From positions 6,882,001 through 6,946,000 of the forward strand of contig JBHGNT010000001.1 of the NCBI GenBank assembly GCA_043228905.1: a stretch of DNA of 64,000 nucleotides, given 5' to 3'. The notes under the pieces are model-generated. The model was not told the DNA's origin. It saw only the letters and a program-made list of their open reading frames with translations, and made no database searches. Below, piece by piece: positions 39,785 to 53,380 of this stretch (the first letter of the stretch is position 1; every line of letters begins with the position of its first letter). The stretch is from Azolla caroliniana. Taxonomy: Eukaryota; Plantae; Polypodiophyta. The position numbers and the translations under genes were made by a program.

Positions 39785-41960
39785 ACGCTTCCACCCCAAA
39801 ATATATCTAAGGTGAGGACAAATCATACCACGATGTACTATCCTTCTTGACCACCCCACCCCTAACACATCTTGTTTTGTACATGAAATGAGGACAGTTT
39901 TATACATATTAATTCTCAACCCTGAAGCATTTGAAAATAATTCCCACACATCTCTTGTCTTTCTAATATTTTCCCAATTAGGTGCCAAAAACATGATATG
40001 GTCATTTGCGAGAGCTTGAACAATACATGGCTTCCGTGATGGCAACCTTAGTCCAAGAAATTCTTCCTCCATAGCCATATTGTGTAACTTAACAAGAATA
40101 GGATGTGTCACAATAGCGAATAGTAAAGGACTCAATTGTGTTACTCCATTAAACATCACATGTGAAACTGAACCCTCCCCTAATGTGTATATCAACTCAG
40201 ACATGCGATCACCAAAACCGATATGAGACATCAATTGATTTATAAATGACCAATCCACATTATTATAGGCTTTCTCGATATCCAATTGTAGCAACACTAA
40301 TTCTTTTTTAGACTCCTTTGCATGGTTAATTGTCATTCGAACATTTAAAATATTATGTAAAATGTCTCTTTTTGCTAAGAACCCATATTGAGCATTATGA
40401 ATAATGGAAGGTATACAACCTATTGGCCATCACTTTTGCAAAAATCTTGTACATTCCCCCCATCAATGAAATAGGCCTCCATTGAGCAAAGGAAGATGGA
40501 GAAGGCACCTTCGGCAAAAGCGTTATCAAACCAATCTTCCAAGAATGAGGCATTTCCCTTGATGTCCACACCTTCTGAAATAAAACCGTAAAAGGCCCCT
40601 TTAGCTTAATCACATATTTCTTAAAGAGTTCATGTGTTAATCCATCCCACCCATGACTCTTATCATTAGCAAGATGTGATATGACATGGTCCACTTCATC
40701 TTCTGAAATATTAGCATATAATGATTGTGCCACATCATGCGATACATGATTTTTCACTCCATTAAAAAATACATCTCTATCCTTTTTAACATTATCATCA
40801 ATACACACTTGTAAATCCAACATTTGTGTATAATATTCTATGCAATTTTTCACAATTTCTTGAGGATTGGAACACATGATACCATTTTCCTCTAACCTTA
40901 CCACATTATGTCGTGCATGTGACTCATGAAGGTCATGAAAAAACTTATGTGATTGAGAATTAGCATCTTCCACTTCTTGTCCTAGACGATGTAGTCTAGC
41001 GTGTTGATAATTCATTATTTCTTTTTTGAGGACACTCAACCATAAAATGCCCCAACACACCACAATGAAACAATGTCCTACAAATGTACCCCATTTAAGC
41101 CAAAAATACATAGGCGGCATACTAAAGCATGCAATCTCTAAACAACTTGGCCTCTTTATAGCAGTATTCCAAAGAATACACATCCGATATCGATTTTGAG
41201 CATTAGCACTAGGAGGCACCAAGATCTTTCCCAACTTTGCCATTGTTGACTGTAATATTGGCCAAAACATTGAATATTTGCACTCTACCTCAACCCAAAC
41301 GGGACACTCTTGCGTTAATATATCTTGGTATTCCACTAGTGGCCTCCACGAAACAATATGAACCAAACTTGCAATTTATTGCGTAATTTCTCTTTATACT
41401 CTTGTGATACCAAAACAATCTCATAAAATCCACGAGGACTGGCATAAACATCTTGAACACAATCAACTTGTAAAATCCCACGTAACCATTGTTTGACCCT
41501 CCAAAGGAAAGGTATCTTCCCCATGAAAAACAATATGACCCCTCTATCAAAAAAATTAGCAAATGAGCCCAAAAACTCTGTATTGTCTATTTCTACCTTA
41601 GCCATTTCATCGTCAACAAACTCCTTAACAACTTTGACATTCTCCCTTATACAATCTTCCATTAATATTGTGAAATGGCACAAAGGAACACATGCACACC
41701 ACAATATATTGGCCATGCATCTTAAATGTTCCTAAAGACTATCATCTTTCTCAATATCATCTTGTCGCATTGCATCAACATAAGACATGTCATTACTATT
41801 ATCTCCAATATATCGTTTTCTCCAACAACATTACTTGTAAGCGAGCTCTCTCCTATTTTTTGTCATATGGATGGTACTGTTTTCATGAATATGGATGAGT
41901 CTCCAAATTCTTCAAAGGATGCATGCATGGTTGAGTTAGTGGTGTCGAGTCCAAGTGGGG
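39785..41960 (-). mobile_element. LINE 5' part: ORF1 remnants fused by internal deletion to ORF2 RT
   Basis: RT motifs KSHGWDGL, WKIGLITLLPK, WRPISLMGGMYKIFAKVMANRL, LDIEKAYNNVDWSF and LSPLLF. ORF1-like CPVWVE and GHCF are present. The endonuclease domain is missing. Confidence 0.85.
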
Positions 41961-41970
41961 ATGGTAAAAG

Positions 41971-41972
<2 letters not shown>

Positions 41973-42015
<43 letters not shown>

Positions 42016-42160
42016 CACTCTTCACACACACACACACCACCACATTATAACTAATAATATCTATGTATGTATGCATGCATGCATGTATGTATGTATTTGT
42101 TAGTGTGTGTATGCAAGTATGTACATATATATGTGTATGCATATATGTATGTATGCTACA
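41973..42160. repeat. Compound microsatellite (CT)n, (CA)n, (ATGT)n
   Basis: Directly visible. Confidence 0.9.
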
Positions 42161-43396
42161 CTCATTCTAGTTACAATTTTGACTATGTATAAACCAAAAC
42201 GTATAAATGGTAATAATGTGATTAATTTTATGAAAAATTGTATGATACATTGAGAAATTAGCGATGTAATCAACATTGTGATCAAGGCTAATTGTACTAA
42301 TAGCAATACTAATGTCAATAATTACAATAACACCTTTTCCTTTAAGATTGATCACAAATCTCGGACACTTACGTTGCATGCCACACTATTTATAATGATA
42401 ATAGACTCCCTGACCTCCTCTTAACAAGTGTTTGATTTTGCGAGGGCATGATTTCCATAAGACATCAATTTTATGCAACATGACCAAGTTTTAAAACAAA
42501 ATTTAACCCTCGATACGAGGAATGGGATTGTAATTATGTGGATACTACACAAGAAATGAAGTGTAAAATGTATTAAATGCATTGTGCATCCCACATATAA
42601 TGTTGCATAGACAAACTTGTCTTTATTGTTTTTGGTCTTCCCTGTCACATTGACCTAATGCAAGTGTTTCAAATCTTACAAAACTATTTCATAGTTCATA
42701 TTTTGTTCCAAAATTTTGTCGTGCACTCATGGTTGTTGTATATTGATTATAACAATAGGATTCAAACGTGACATGCACACACTTACAAGTACTATCACGA
42801 ATATGATTGAGTCAATGTTCATAATAGTCTTAAGTATGAGTTATATCAAGAATATCTTCTTCTTCAAATGCATGATTGCACACTGGAAGAGAATATATAT
42901 AACTAACAAATATTAGATGTCATGTTTGAACTTTTCATATAGGAACGTGCACATTGTAGACTCTTACGGCGATGTGGTTGAATGTTTTAGACTTTTTTAT
43001 TATGAGGTTGAATAAACTTGGGAAGACCTTTAAAAAAAGGGATGGGCAATTATGTAAATGAAAAGTTATGGCTAATGCTAGAATCTAGATCAATGCTTTG
43101 AAAGACATTTTGGCCGATGGGAAAGCCAAAAGAAAAGTATCATACAAGATATACGGTAATGCTTTGAGTTGGCTGCATTTTGAGTAGTCATGTAAAATGT
43201 GTTCACTATCACATATCATCTTATAGACACGTATATAATTGTGTGTGTGACATACAAAGGTCCTTATAACTAAATCCAAATAAACATTATCTTGTATTAT
43301 TAGCTAGCTACATATTGGAGCTAATTACATGGCCTTTGTCCCCTCCCATTAAACAAAAGAATCATATAAATATCCCCAAGTACTTATTACCATATG

Positions 43397-44005
43397 ATGG
43401 TGGCTCAAAATTGTTGGAAAGAATACTTGAGTAACATGCGCATGGCAATGCTATGTACCCTTGGACGCCAATCTTCGACTCTTTGATTTATTGGTCGATA
43501 ATTATAATGGATTCGGGAGCTTGTGGACTTGGTTTGACCGGCTTTTTTGAAACACAAATATTAGCAAAGTAATAATGACTAGCAAAGTCAGTAGAGTAGG
43601 GAAATCATTAATGAAAACTCGTGGAGCAAGGATGTAGAGAAGGCCATTTACGTGGGCTTTATCCAAGTTAATTGATACATACGTATGTCTTTAACTTGCC
43701 TCATGTTCCTAAACTAGATACTACACCATTTCGAGGAAAAACTAACAATTGTGTACAGTTGGTTCAAGAAGCAAAGTCTTCCTCACAAACGGAGATAATC
43801 CATGCAAACAAAATCAAAATCAAATGCAAGACTGTAAAATCATGGAAAGTGGACACAAGAGCTAGTGTGAGACTCATGGAAATCACTAACCAATCCTCTT
43901 ATCACTACATAATAAACCATATTATGTCTCCCTTAGTCACCACAATTTTAACAGGAAACAATCTTTTGATAATCACTCAATTATTATCCCAAATCCATTC
44001 TTTAA
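43397..44005 (+). pseudogene. Decayed paralog of the gasdermin-like gene
   Basis: Starts MVAQNCWKEYLSN, then a frameshift, an in-frame TGA at 43548-43550 and two large internal deletions. Retains WFKKQSLP, TEII.ANKI.I and the tail homology. Confidence 0.88.
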
Positions 44006-46924
44006 AATGGGTGACGGGTCCCATGGTAACAACTTATTCCTAGGTAATGTATGGGTAGGATTTCAAATTGTTTTGGGTGTGGTAGGCTCATCAATGATTG
44101 CATACATGTATGTACTATGTATATGATAATGTACCTCATTTCATTGTAATAAGATTGATGTTGTATGGGGGGGAGTTGTCCATGGACTTCGTTGTCACAA
44201 AACTTCTCTTCACTAACATACCAAGTGAATTTTATGCATGAACAACAAAAAATAAATAGGAATTTGCAAAATATGTGTTTATGTATCGTACGTGTTGTTC
44301 CCCTTGTTAAATATTTTCAATGATCAATGTTTAAACATTCAACCAAAATTTTAGGCATCATGATTCATAACTAGTTCCACACATGTGCCAACACTATCTC
44401 ATTTGGGTTGGTTCATAATGATAACCTTTGGAAAATGAGATAACAGACTTTGATCCATTCCTTGTCCTCCACAATTATGAGGGAAGTAGGCCTTGTTGTT
44501 TTGAGGTGGAAGTATAGATGTTATGCTATGAATGCAACAACGAGATATTTTAAATTTCGAACAATCAAGTGATTTGAAAAAAAACATTTCTCTGATGTTT
44601 TTAGAATAAAGCTACTCTTTATCACATGGGGTACATGTCTTGGTTCAACAGTTTTTGTCTCCTGGAGAAAATCCCATCGCAATATGCCTCAAACATGTCT
44701 CGTCGTTTTTTCCTTGAATTCAACATCATTAACTTGAAGGTTTTGAGTTTGTCATATTCGATGTTTTCATATGTAATTACTTATGTCACTCTCATAATGT
44801 TGTGAAACCTACTTCTTGCAACTTGTTGAGGTATAACATTCAATCGACATTGAGAAGTGGTTCTTATACATTGTTCCAATTAACACATTACAACATCGTA
44901 TTATATATGTAACATGCTTCCAACTCTAATTTTTTTCTCCAATCACGATTACTTGGCGATCTATTATTTTTGGTGCCAGAACATTGTCAAGTGTTTGTGC
45001 CATGAATAGTCTCTTTATTCAGGTGGGATTCCTTCTTCTTCTTTCTTAGTTTGTTATGAATGCAAGGCACTAGCCAATGATAACGTGTAGAGCTAGTTCT
45101 TGGTTAGGCATCTCAATCAATGAGCATTCTCCCTTTTGATAGAGTGATCACTAAACAAGCACAACATGTCCAATTCTATTGCAGGAACTTATCTCTAGCA
45201 TTGATAGTGAAGGATTTCATTGCCGATGATCACAACTTATTTTTGTCTCGGCAAACCTCGTGTAAAAAAATTCAAGAATTTCAATGGGAAAGATCTTGAG
45301 CAACTTGACATTTCTTTTTACCCTCACCTACTTGTATGATGTGTATGCAAGTCCACGCTTCATTATGAAGATAGTGGCCATCCCCAAAGTAAAGAGCATT
45401 ATAAAAGTGGCTCATGAACCTCAATGGTCATAGGTCATGGATGAGATTATATCGATTCTCTACCACGATGGAATGTGAACCTTATCCCAATTTCACCATA
45501 TTCGCACCAAACGATAGTTATCTCAACCCAACAATTTTGAATGAAATTTCCCTGTGCCCACCTGATCCACTAAGATTGAGGCGGGATGCAAGAGCATTAG
45601 CAAAGTCCAAGAAGGAAATCCAAGCTCTTCATAGAAATTATTCAGCTTGTGTGAACGCTAACTCCTTGGGGAGTTTGTGTTAGATATGCCATTCACTCTA
45701 CTTAAAGAGAAGTTCCTAAAAAACTATGTTCCCCCTACAATATAAAGTGTTATTATGCAATAAATTATGTGTTCATTATTTTATACTCATTGTTATTATA
45801 GTCTTCTTGTATTTGCAAATATTTTTGATGTATAATTGTGTGTGTTTCGTCATTCTAACACACATGATACTTAACTATCTATGTTGATCATGTAAGGACT
45901 ACCTATCTAATTCTCTACACCTTTACAAAATCAACAATAATTGTCGAGCTAAATATTTTTGTAATATGAGAAGATAATTACAATTTTAATGACCTTTGAG
46001 TTAACAAATGAGAAGGAAAATTAGAGTTAACAAAGGACCAGAGAAGTTTGCCACGATTATCATCTTATTAGTATGCAAGACACTTTTGTAATTTCATCGA
46101 TCTATTTTAGTACTCGATGAGGAAAATCATTACAACTTTCAAACAGTTTGTTGTGAGCACTAGGAAAGCTCATAGACAAAGTTGTTAAGAAAGTTATTGT
46201 ACTTATTGCTTCCCTATGTCATTAGCATCTTCTTAAACCCTTTCTACTTTTAAATTGCTAGAAACTATGTTACTTATTTTTCCTTGATCTTACACTACGA
46301 ATTACTCTCAAATGTATCAAGCTTAAATCATCAAATGGTTTTGAACAAGGCCAGCTAAGTAAGAGAGAACATCATAATCTTGCCACGATATAAATTTTGA
46401 TATGGTATTATCTCACCTTGAACAACCTTAGAATTTCAAAGTGACCATGGAAGCCTACAAACAATGGGAAAGAAATGCAATTGTATGCATGCACATCGGA
46501 ATGCCGGTAAAGACCTTCATCCTAGTTAAGGACAACTACTTGTACCTATCAAAGACCATTTGATCGATTGATCCCCTACACACACGACTCTTCTCAACAG
46601 GCAAATGAAAACCCTCAAGTGTGGACAATCTTCCTTTCCAATAGCTGCGATAACTCGCCCAAAGGCTAAAACCCGAAGTTATATAGCCTAAGGAGTCAAT
46701 ATTACTTCTACTCGAGGATCAAAGCTCCAAGAGATCGAGGTTGACTACATGTCACTATTCTTCTAGTGGCTAGAGTCTCTACTTTCTCGCTTATAAAGAA
46801 GAAGATCATGTTACAAGTGGGTTCCCTAAAATATACAATTTGTCTTGTGAATGGGACCCCCCCCTAGAGGGCTTGTGACCTCCATAACTTCTTTTGACTA
46901 AAACTGAAAGACTAAACAGAGGAA

Positions 46925-49900
46925 TTAGTTTGGTCTATTGTATTCCTCTGTTTCTCCACTTGAGCTTCCCAGTGAAATTGTGCGATCTCGTACCATTAGC
47001 TTGATATGGCTACCCCCTGAAGCTTTAAGGATATCAAAACACTCCTCCAAGTCTGCATTACAAGTGAACATGACCCATTCTTCGTCATCATCCAAATACT
47101 TCAAATCAAAGGTATCCATCTTTAATCTGAACCTCCTTGCTACTTGTTCTTGTATATCGGCATACATGGAGTGAAAGCTTACTTTGAACCTTATGGTATC
47201 ATCTCGATACCTCACTTTGACGATGATTGTCGCTTCTTCTAACGCGTGTCTTGCTCCTCTTTGAGAACTGCCTATTGATGGTGATCCCGAATCACTACCT
47301 TCCAAATTTGAGGGTTCGAACTCATGTTGATTCGGTGTTCCATCTAAATCGACAGATTGTTGGCTTGTTTCGATTTCAAGCTTTGGCTTCTTTTGCATCG
47401 GGATGTCCATATTAGCACTGGTTTTTGGAAAACACTGGCGCTGAGATAGGTTATCCACACTATCAAACTGTATAGCATCTGCCCTTGTCAATGCGGTATA
47501 AGCTTCCAAACATCCATGTACCCGAGACTCCAGCTTAACTCGATGCCATCGATTTTCATTGGTAGATTTTAGTGTACTCTTCTCTTCCCTGCTGTACGCA
47601 ACTAAGCTTACTTGCTCGCTCGGTTCAACTTTAGGCAAAGGTGGACTTTCTCGAGACTTTTGTGGCAACGTAGTACCTGGAAATGGTTTACCTTTATATA
47701 AGACTATCCATGCATAATATAGTAGATGTTGAAATTGTTACTTGTGTTTGTGACATGATAATGTGTAAAAACTTTGATTCCAATCCTAACACAAACACTA
47801 CATGAGAATTCCATCTTAGAATGAGCATAGAATTTTACCTGAATGAGAAACTGATCCATCTGGGGCCATATTGTCAAGACAACGGGAAAGAGGACTACCA
47901 TCATTTATCTTATTGGTTTTCTTCATGCCATCTCCATTATTGGCTTGACCGCCAGTTGGTTCATGCAGAGTTAGGCTTTCCTCATTGTTGCCACTAAGAA
48001 TCCCATTGGCTTTTGCTGACGTACACTGCGATAAAGAAGAAACATCGACACTCTGTGCCAATGATGTCCGAACAAATTGCATTTTAGAGGGAGAGAAACC
48101 TTTGTTTATTTGATCTTCTTTTCTTAACACACCCGAACGTTCTGGAGACTTACTAGAAACAACTGACAATGTCCGGGCTGCCATTTTGACCTTTGGCATC
48201 ACACATGCAGTTTGCATCCCATTCACGGCACCAGCCACAGACACGAGTTCATCTTTCAAGGTATTGATTTTCAATGCCCCATCAGCATATTGGACTGAAT
48301 CAATCACTCCCTGAAGCTTCTTAAGTGATCGGCTCACCTTGTTTATTTTCCTTGATGGCCACCTCGATATCCCGTGTTGTCTACAAATCCTCTTAAGAGT
48401 CGTTGGGCAAACTACAACAATCATCCAACAAAAGAAAGAGAAAACCTTTTTAGTCATCTCCAAACATGGCCTATATTTTTTTTCATATTATATTTCTATA
48501 TGTCCAGAACTCTCCTATATTTTTGTCAAAATATTGCTTATTTGACAAATATGCTCTACATTTTGTCCAGGACCATAGCAGCACAAGAGCTCTTGGACAT
48601 CTTCACAAATGATTACCACATCACTGATCAGAAAAATCACAGCACTATGAGCTTCTGTCAGCAGGCAGCGCATGCACAGCTAGGTATGCTGCACACCTTG
48701 CATACACAAGCTCCTAATGTTGAACACACAATGGAAACATGAGTAAAAGCGACTCTTTCAATTAACAAGAAACATTTTAACTAATTTCTTATGTATATAG
48801 ATGCACAATGCATTAAAATTTTGAATGTTTGCATACCACCAATCGTCTTGGCTGCATCCTTCAAACTACCAGCAAAATATTGTTGCAAAACACTCAAGCT
48901 GATTGTCTTCTCCATCACCCCTCTCCTCCTCATGTCCAACCGCTTTTTACTCCCGATATTATTGTAATCATCCTTTGAGGAGTTGTGCTCATCCTTCATC
49001 TGGGTACCCAGAAGACCAGAAGAAGTTTCTGAATAAGAGGTGTGATCTGGCCCCGGAAAGGTTTCTAAACCATCAAGAGTATAACGAGGTAAAATATGCC
49101 GCTTCAACTTGACTTGTTGATTTAGACCAACCGTAGGCTTGTGTTGATTGAGCTCTTCTGATGCTGGCGATGGTTGACTTGAGAGACTCCCATCTACACC
49201 AAATGTTACATGATGGGTCCTTCCTAAAGCCAATGTAGGACCCATGTCATTGCTTTCATTGGCATTAGAATGTGATCCAAATGGATTGTAGCGGGCTCGA
49301 TCTTCTTCCACTTCAGAATCTGTAACTGTCCTCAAGCTTCTGCAAACATGCTGCATCGTTACGGATATAGCATTCAATAACTCTTGTTGCTCTGTGGGGT
49401 CCATGCATGCTTGTGGCAAGAAGAACTCCAACACATAGTCATTCCCGCCTGTGTGAACACTCCGTAGGCGAATGGCAACAGCTGCACTGAGTCCAAAAAC
49501 CCGAGCGAGATGACCAAGTGGATATTCAGCTTTGCTATGGTCTTTGACATCACTAGAAAAGAAAGGCTGGTTTGTTGTAAATGCTTTCCCAACAACACCT
49601 TGGTCCCGTTCCAGACAGTGTTCAGAGCACGCCTGTCGGAACCCTGTGATGGCAGAATCGTTAAGGCAATAAGGGCCATCACCAGTAAAGAGGCCAACTT
49701 TACTTGCATCATAGCTGGCGAGGCTGGCGAGGCCACATTCACGCATGTTGGAACCAACTTGAGAACAATACAATCTACAAGGGACCCAGGTCTGAGCTAA
49801 AGGAAGTCTATGAGTCCCACATACTGCCCTCAGTACCTCGGAGATTTCATCGAAGACAATTTGCCGAGCATCGGTTTGGACCTGACCACATGGCCGAAAA

Positions 49901-52666
49901 ACCTATGAATGCACAAATGTTCTAAGAGGGAAAAAAATTTGTAGAAGTCATATACAGCATACAAATAAGGGTTGAAATACCTGCGATGGCAGACAATACA
50001 ACCTTTTGGTGCTGCTGAGGTTGACTTCCTGCAGGGGGTCAAACAAGAACCATATAAAGGGGAGACCATAAGAAAAAAAAAAAAGGTTTTCAAAGTAGAC
50101 ATAATCAATGATAGGATTACTTTTAAGCCTTTTTTTTTATCAAGAAATGATTTCACATTGAGGATTATAACATCTAACATTATGAAAGTTCAGTAGGCGA
50201 GGCGGAGCATACCTAGCTAGGTATGCGGAGCCTCACCTCCAGAAGCTCATAAATGTTAACTTTGAACATGGTAGGATAAAACATGAGGAAAAGTGCGCTT
50301 TCTTTCCTATATCGAGAGCGTTCGGGCCCTGGGTCCCGGAAACCCCCTAGCTACATGTGTTCCGCGTCGCCACACCAAAAGCTCATAATGTTGAACACAC
50401 TGTAGGGGAAAAACATGAGGAAAAACACTGGGGTCTTCCCCTGCATGGGGAAGTTTACAAGTATAAGTAACCCAGAGATTAAGTAGTCAAAATCAAGGCA
50501 AGAGAAAGAGCCCATTAGCTAATAGACAGCTTTGTAACTGGAAACAGACTGAAAGGCCATTATCGGGTATTAGTCTATTCTCAAAAAAGAGGCCCCTAAG
50601 TGAGTGGATGGCCCTTAACCTGACAAAGTTTAGTTGGCTACGATCTTTATAGGGCACATACAGAAACAAGATAGTCAACTCTCTGTCTCTCATCAACATA
50701 TTCTAGATCTGTCTTTCATACCGTCGCCACCCAGAAGTGGGGGTAGCAACCCAGTTTCGTTGATCGATGCCCTAGATCTATCATGGTGCAGAGCATTTCC
50801 ATAAGTAACATAAGTTGCAGAGCTTTTCCATAATTAATGGGGAGCAGAAGTTACGGCTTACAACCATAAAAGCTAATGAATGTTCTGATGATTAATAATA
50901 CTTACAACATTTCCATTTAAAACTCACACAAAAGTCTTTGGGATTCAAGGATATACGTGCTTTCATCGACGTGTTAGGATTAATATGGTATTGATACCAC
51001 TATTACAGACCGATACCCTAGATCAACCTTCTAAACGATGCATAATCTTCTATACTGTGTCTGGTAATGGGCTGTCCATAGGCTAATGGGGCTTCTCTCT
51101 GGCCTTGATTTTGATTCCTCAAATCTGGATTGTGCCAATGCTTGTAACAAGGAAAACTTAAAATAAAATCTACTAAACTTATTTTAGTTAATTGAAGAGA
51201 TCGAGGTTGATTTCGATTACCTCAAGCACTTGACACATGTTCTCCATTTCGGCTCGATATTCAACCTTTTCCATCAACATCACAAGCTCGATCACTCCAA
51301 CACAGCTTCCAGACACATTCTCGAGCACGGGCAATGCGAGCGAGCCTCTAACATTGCACTGCTCTGCATCGCCAATACGTAAGCACTCACTCTGCTTATA
51401 GAACTGTACATTTGGAGTCCATTCCGGGAGCTTCTTCATAAATACGCGTCCAGGAAGGCCGAGAAATCCCAACGAATCAGCTGAGAATGTATATTGGGTC
51501 GAGAAGTTTCGATACGCCGAAAGTCCATTATCTATATGTTGTTGTTGTTGCAGAAGAAATGGTTGGCCTTGTGTTGTGAGAATCATCCTTTTACCATCCT
51601 TTTGGGGTACCCAAACTTGGATGAGGATATCACTCTTCCATGAACGAAGAAAGTTGGTTAATGCATGGTTGATCCGATGCATCAAAGAAGAAGAAATAAG
51701 CATTGTTGATGATGATGACGACGACGACGATGATGGTGAAGATCCAACACTAGGTTGAATGTTGTTGAGAGATTCCACAGCCACATTTAAGGTGGGTTTT
51801 TCTTCAATATTATGATCACTATCTCTTCTCTCCCTTGGGATTCTAGATAATACCGCAGAAGGTTGTTGAGAGTGTATATTGGATAAATCAATTTCTGAGT
51901 CAAACCCTACAGATGGAGAATTGATGTGAAGAGGAGAGGTTTGATAAGCAAAAAAAGGAAGACTATATAAAGGAGGGGAAGAAGAAAAGCTCATTAGATA
52001 TGGTGCGCCCATCTCTAATGAACCATTCCCTAGTGTTGTTGATGGATTAATATGGCCAGCTAAGTCACCAAAATCCATATACTCACATAGTTCATCATCT
52101 TCCATTAACTTCATGTGAGGGTTAGGGTTATGGCTAGAGCTAGGGTTGTGGTTAACGTTGGGATGAGGGTTGGGATTAGAATTTTGGCTATAATTCTGGT
52201 TAGGGTTTAGGTTAGTGCTAGGGTAAGGGTTTTGATTATGGTTAGGGTACGGATATGGATGAGGGTAAGGATAAGGGTTTTGGTTGTTATAATATTGGTT
52301 GTTAAATTGGTTAGAATTAGGGTTTTCGTTATTATATTGATCGAATGTATGGTTTTGTTTATAATATTGATCAAAACTAGGATTTTGGTTATATTGATCA
52401 AAGCTAGGATTTTGGTTACTATATTGGTTAGAAATAGGGTTTGGGTTTGGATTTAGGTTATTAAATTGGTCAGAATTGAGGTTTTGGTGATTATGTTGGT
52501 TGCAATCAGGGTTTTGGTTATGAATTTGGTTAGAGTTAGGATTAGGGTTTGTAATAGGAGTAAAGTTAAGATTTGGTGCAGCCGTAGGATAGATGGTAAG
52601 GAATAGATTAGGGTTAAAGATAGAATCATCAGAGGGAATTTGTTCTTGATCTGAGAACAGACCCAT
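46925..52666 (-). CDS. NLP: NIN-like protein (GAF-like nitrate-sensing region, RWP-RK, PB1); exons 52666-51221, 50028-49981, 49881-48837, 48411-47839, 47676-46925 (~1287 aa; start codon uncertain)
   Basis: [83 protein letters not shown] and PB1 (VKVRY.DDTIRF...[11 protein letters not shown]). Exon lengths sum to a multiple of 3. Confidence 0.95.
50455..51148. mobile_element. Degenerate inverted-repeat (MITE/foldback-like) element in NLP intron 1
   Basis: tcaaaatcaaggcaagagaaagagcccattagc at ~50487 pairs with gctaatggggcttctctctggccttgattttga at ~51082-51114. No TSD resolved. Confidence 0.55.
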
Positions 52667-52939
52667 TAATGGGTTATATTGCAATAGGAATAAAACCAGA
52701 GTATTTTTGTATTAAAATAACAAAGAATTTGAAACAAAGAAGGAGAAAAAAACCGATGTGTTGTGATAAATAAGTCAAATAAACACTTCAAAGGTTTTTT
52801 TTTTTTGTGTTTTTAACCAGGGCTAGAAGCTGCCATAGCCATAGCTTCGATCCTTCTTTTTTGATGAATTAGACACGGAGAGATAAATAGAATGATAAAA
52901 GAAGAAAAACAGAGTAACCCACTAAATGATCTTACCTGC

Positions 52940-53380
52940 CCTATTCTTCTTCTTCTTCTTCTTCTTCTTCTTCTTCTGGTTTGCTTTTTTGCTTTTACCA
53001 ATGTCTTTCTTCTTGTACCTCCACTCTATTTTTCTTCTTGTCCTTCTTCTGAATTTTTACCCCTCAACGAGACTGTTCCTCTAGTACTAGTCTTCTTCTT
53101 CTCCTTCTCCTCCTACTACTCTGATTCTGATTTGATTGTAATTGTAATTCTGATTCTGCTTTTGCTTTTCTTCTTCTTTTCTTGATTCTATTACTGGTGC
53201 TGCTGCAATTCTTCTTCTTCTTCTTCTTCTTCTTCTGATTCTGATTCTAATTTTGCTTTTGGTTTGTCTTCTTCGTTTGCATTTGCTGTTTCTTCTTCTC
53301 CTCCTCCATTTGCACTACTCCTCTGTTACTCTGTTTCTCCTTCTTATTCTTCTTTCTTTCTTTCTTTCTTTCTTTCTGTT
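52940..53380. repeat. (CTT)n / (TTCT)n / CTGATT-rich low-complexity tract, probably the NLP 5' leader
   Basis: Directly visible. A minus-strand donor-like CAG|GTAAG lies at ~52935. Confidence 0.6.

Noticed and set aside
43672-44043. 123-aa ORF as an independent gene
   Set aside because: It is a chimeric frame across the deletion junctions of the pseudogene.
45414-45683. ORF with FTIFAPND, resembling the fasciclin H1 motif
   Set aside because: No signal peptide or other FAS1 motifs. The opposite strand looks more like a decayed LINE ORF1.
52130-52620. Interstitial telomere array (TTAGGG-like units)
   Set aside because: The units are scattered codons for Asn-Pro within the NLP reading frame, not a tandem TTTAGGG array.
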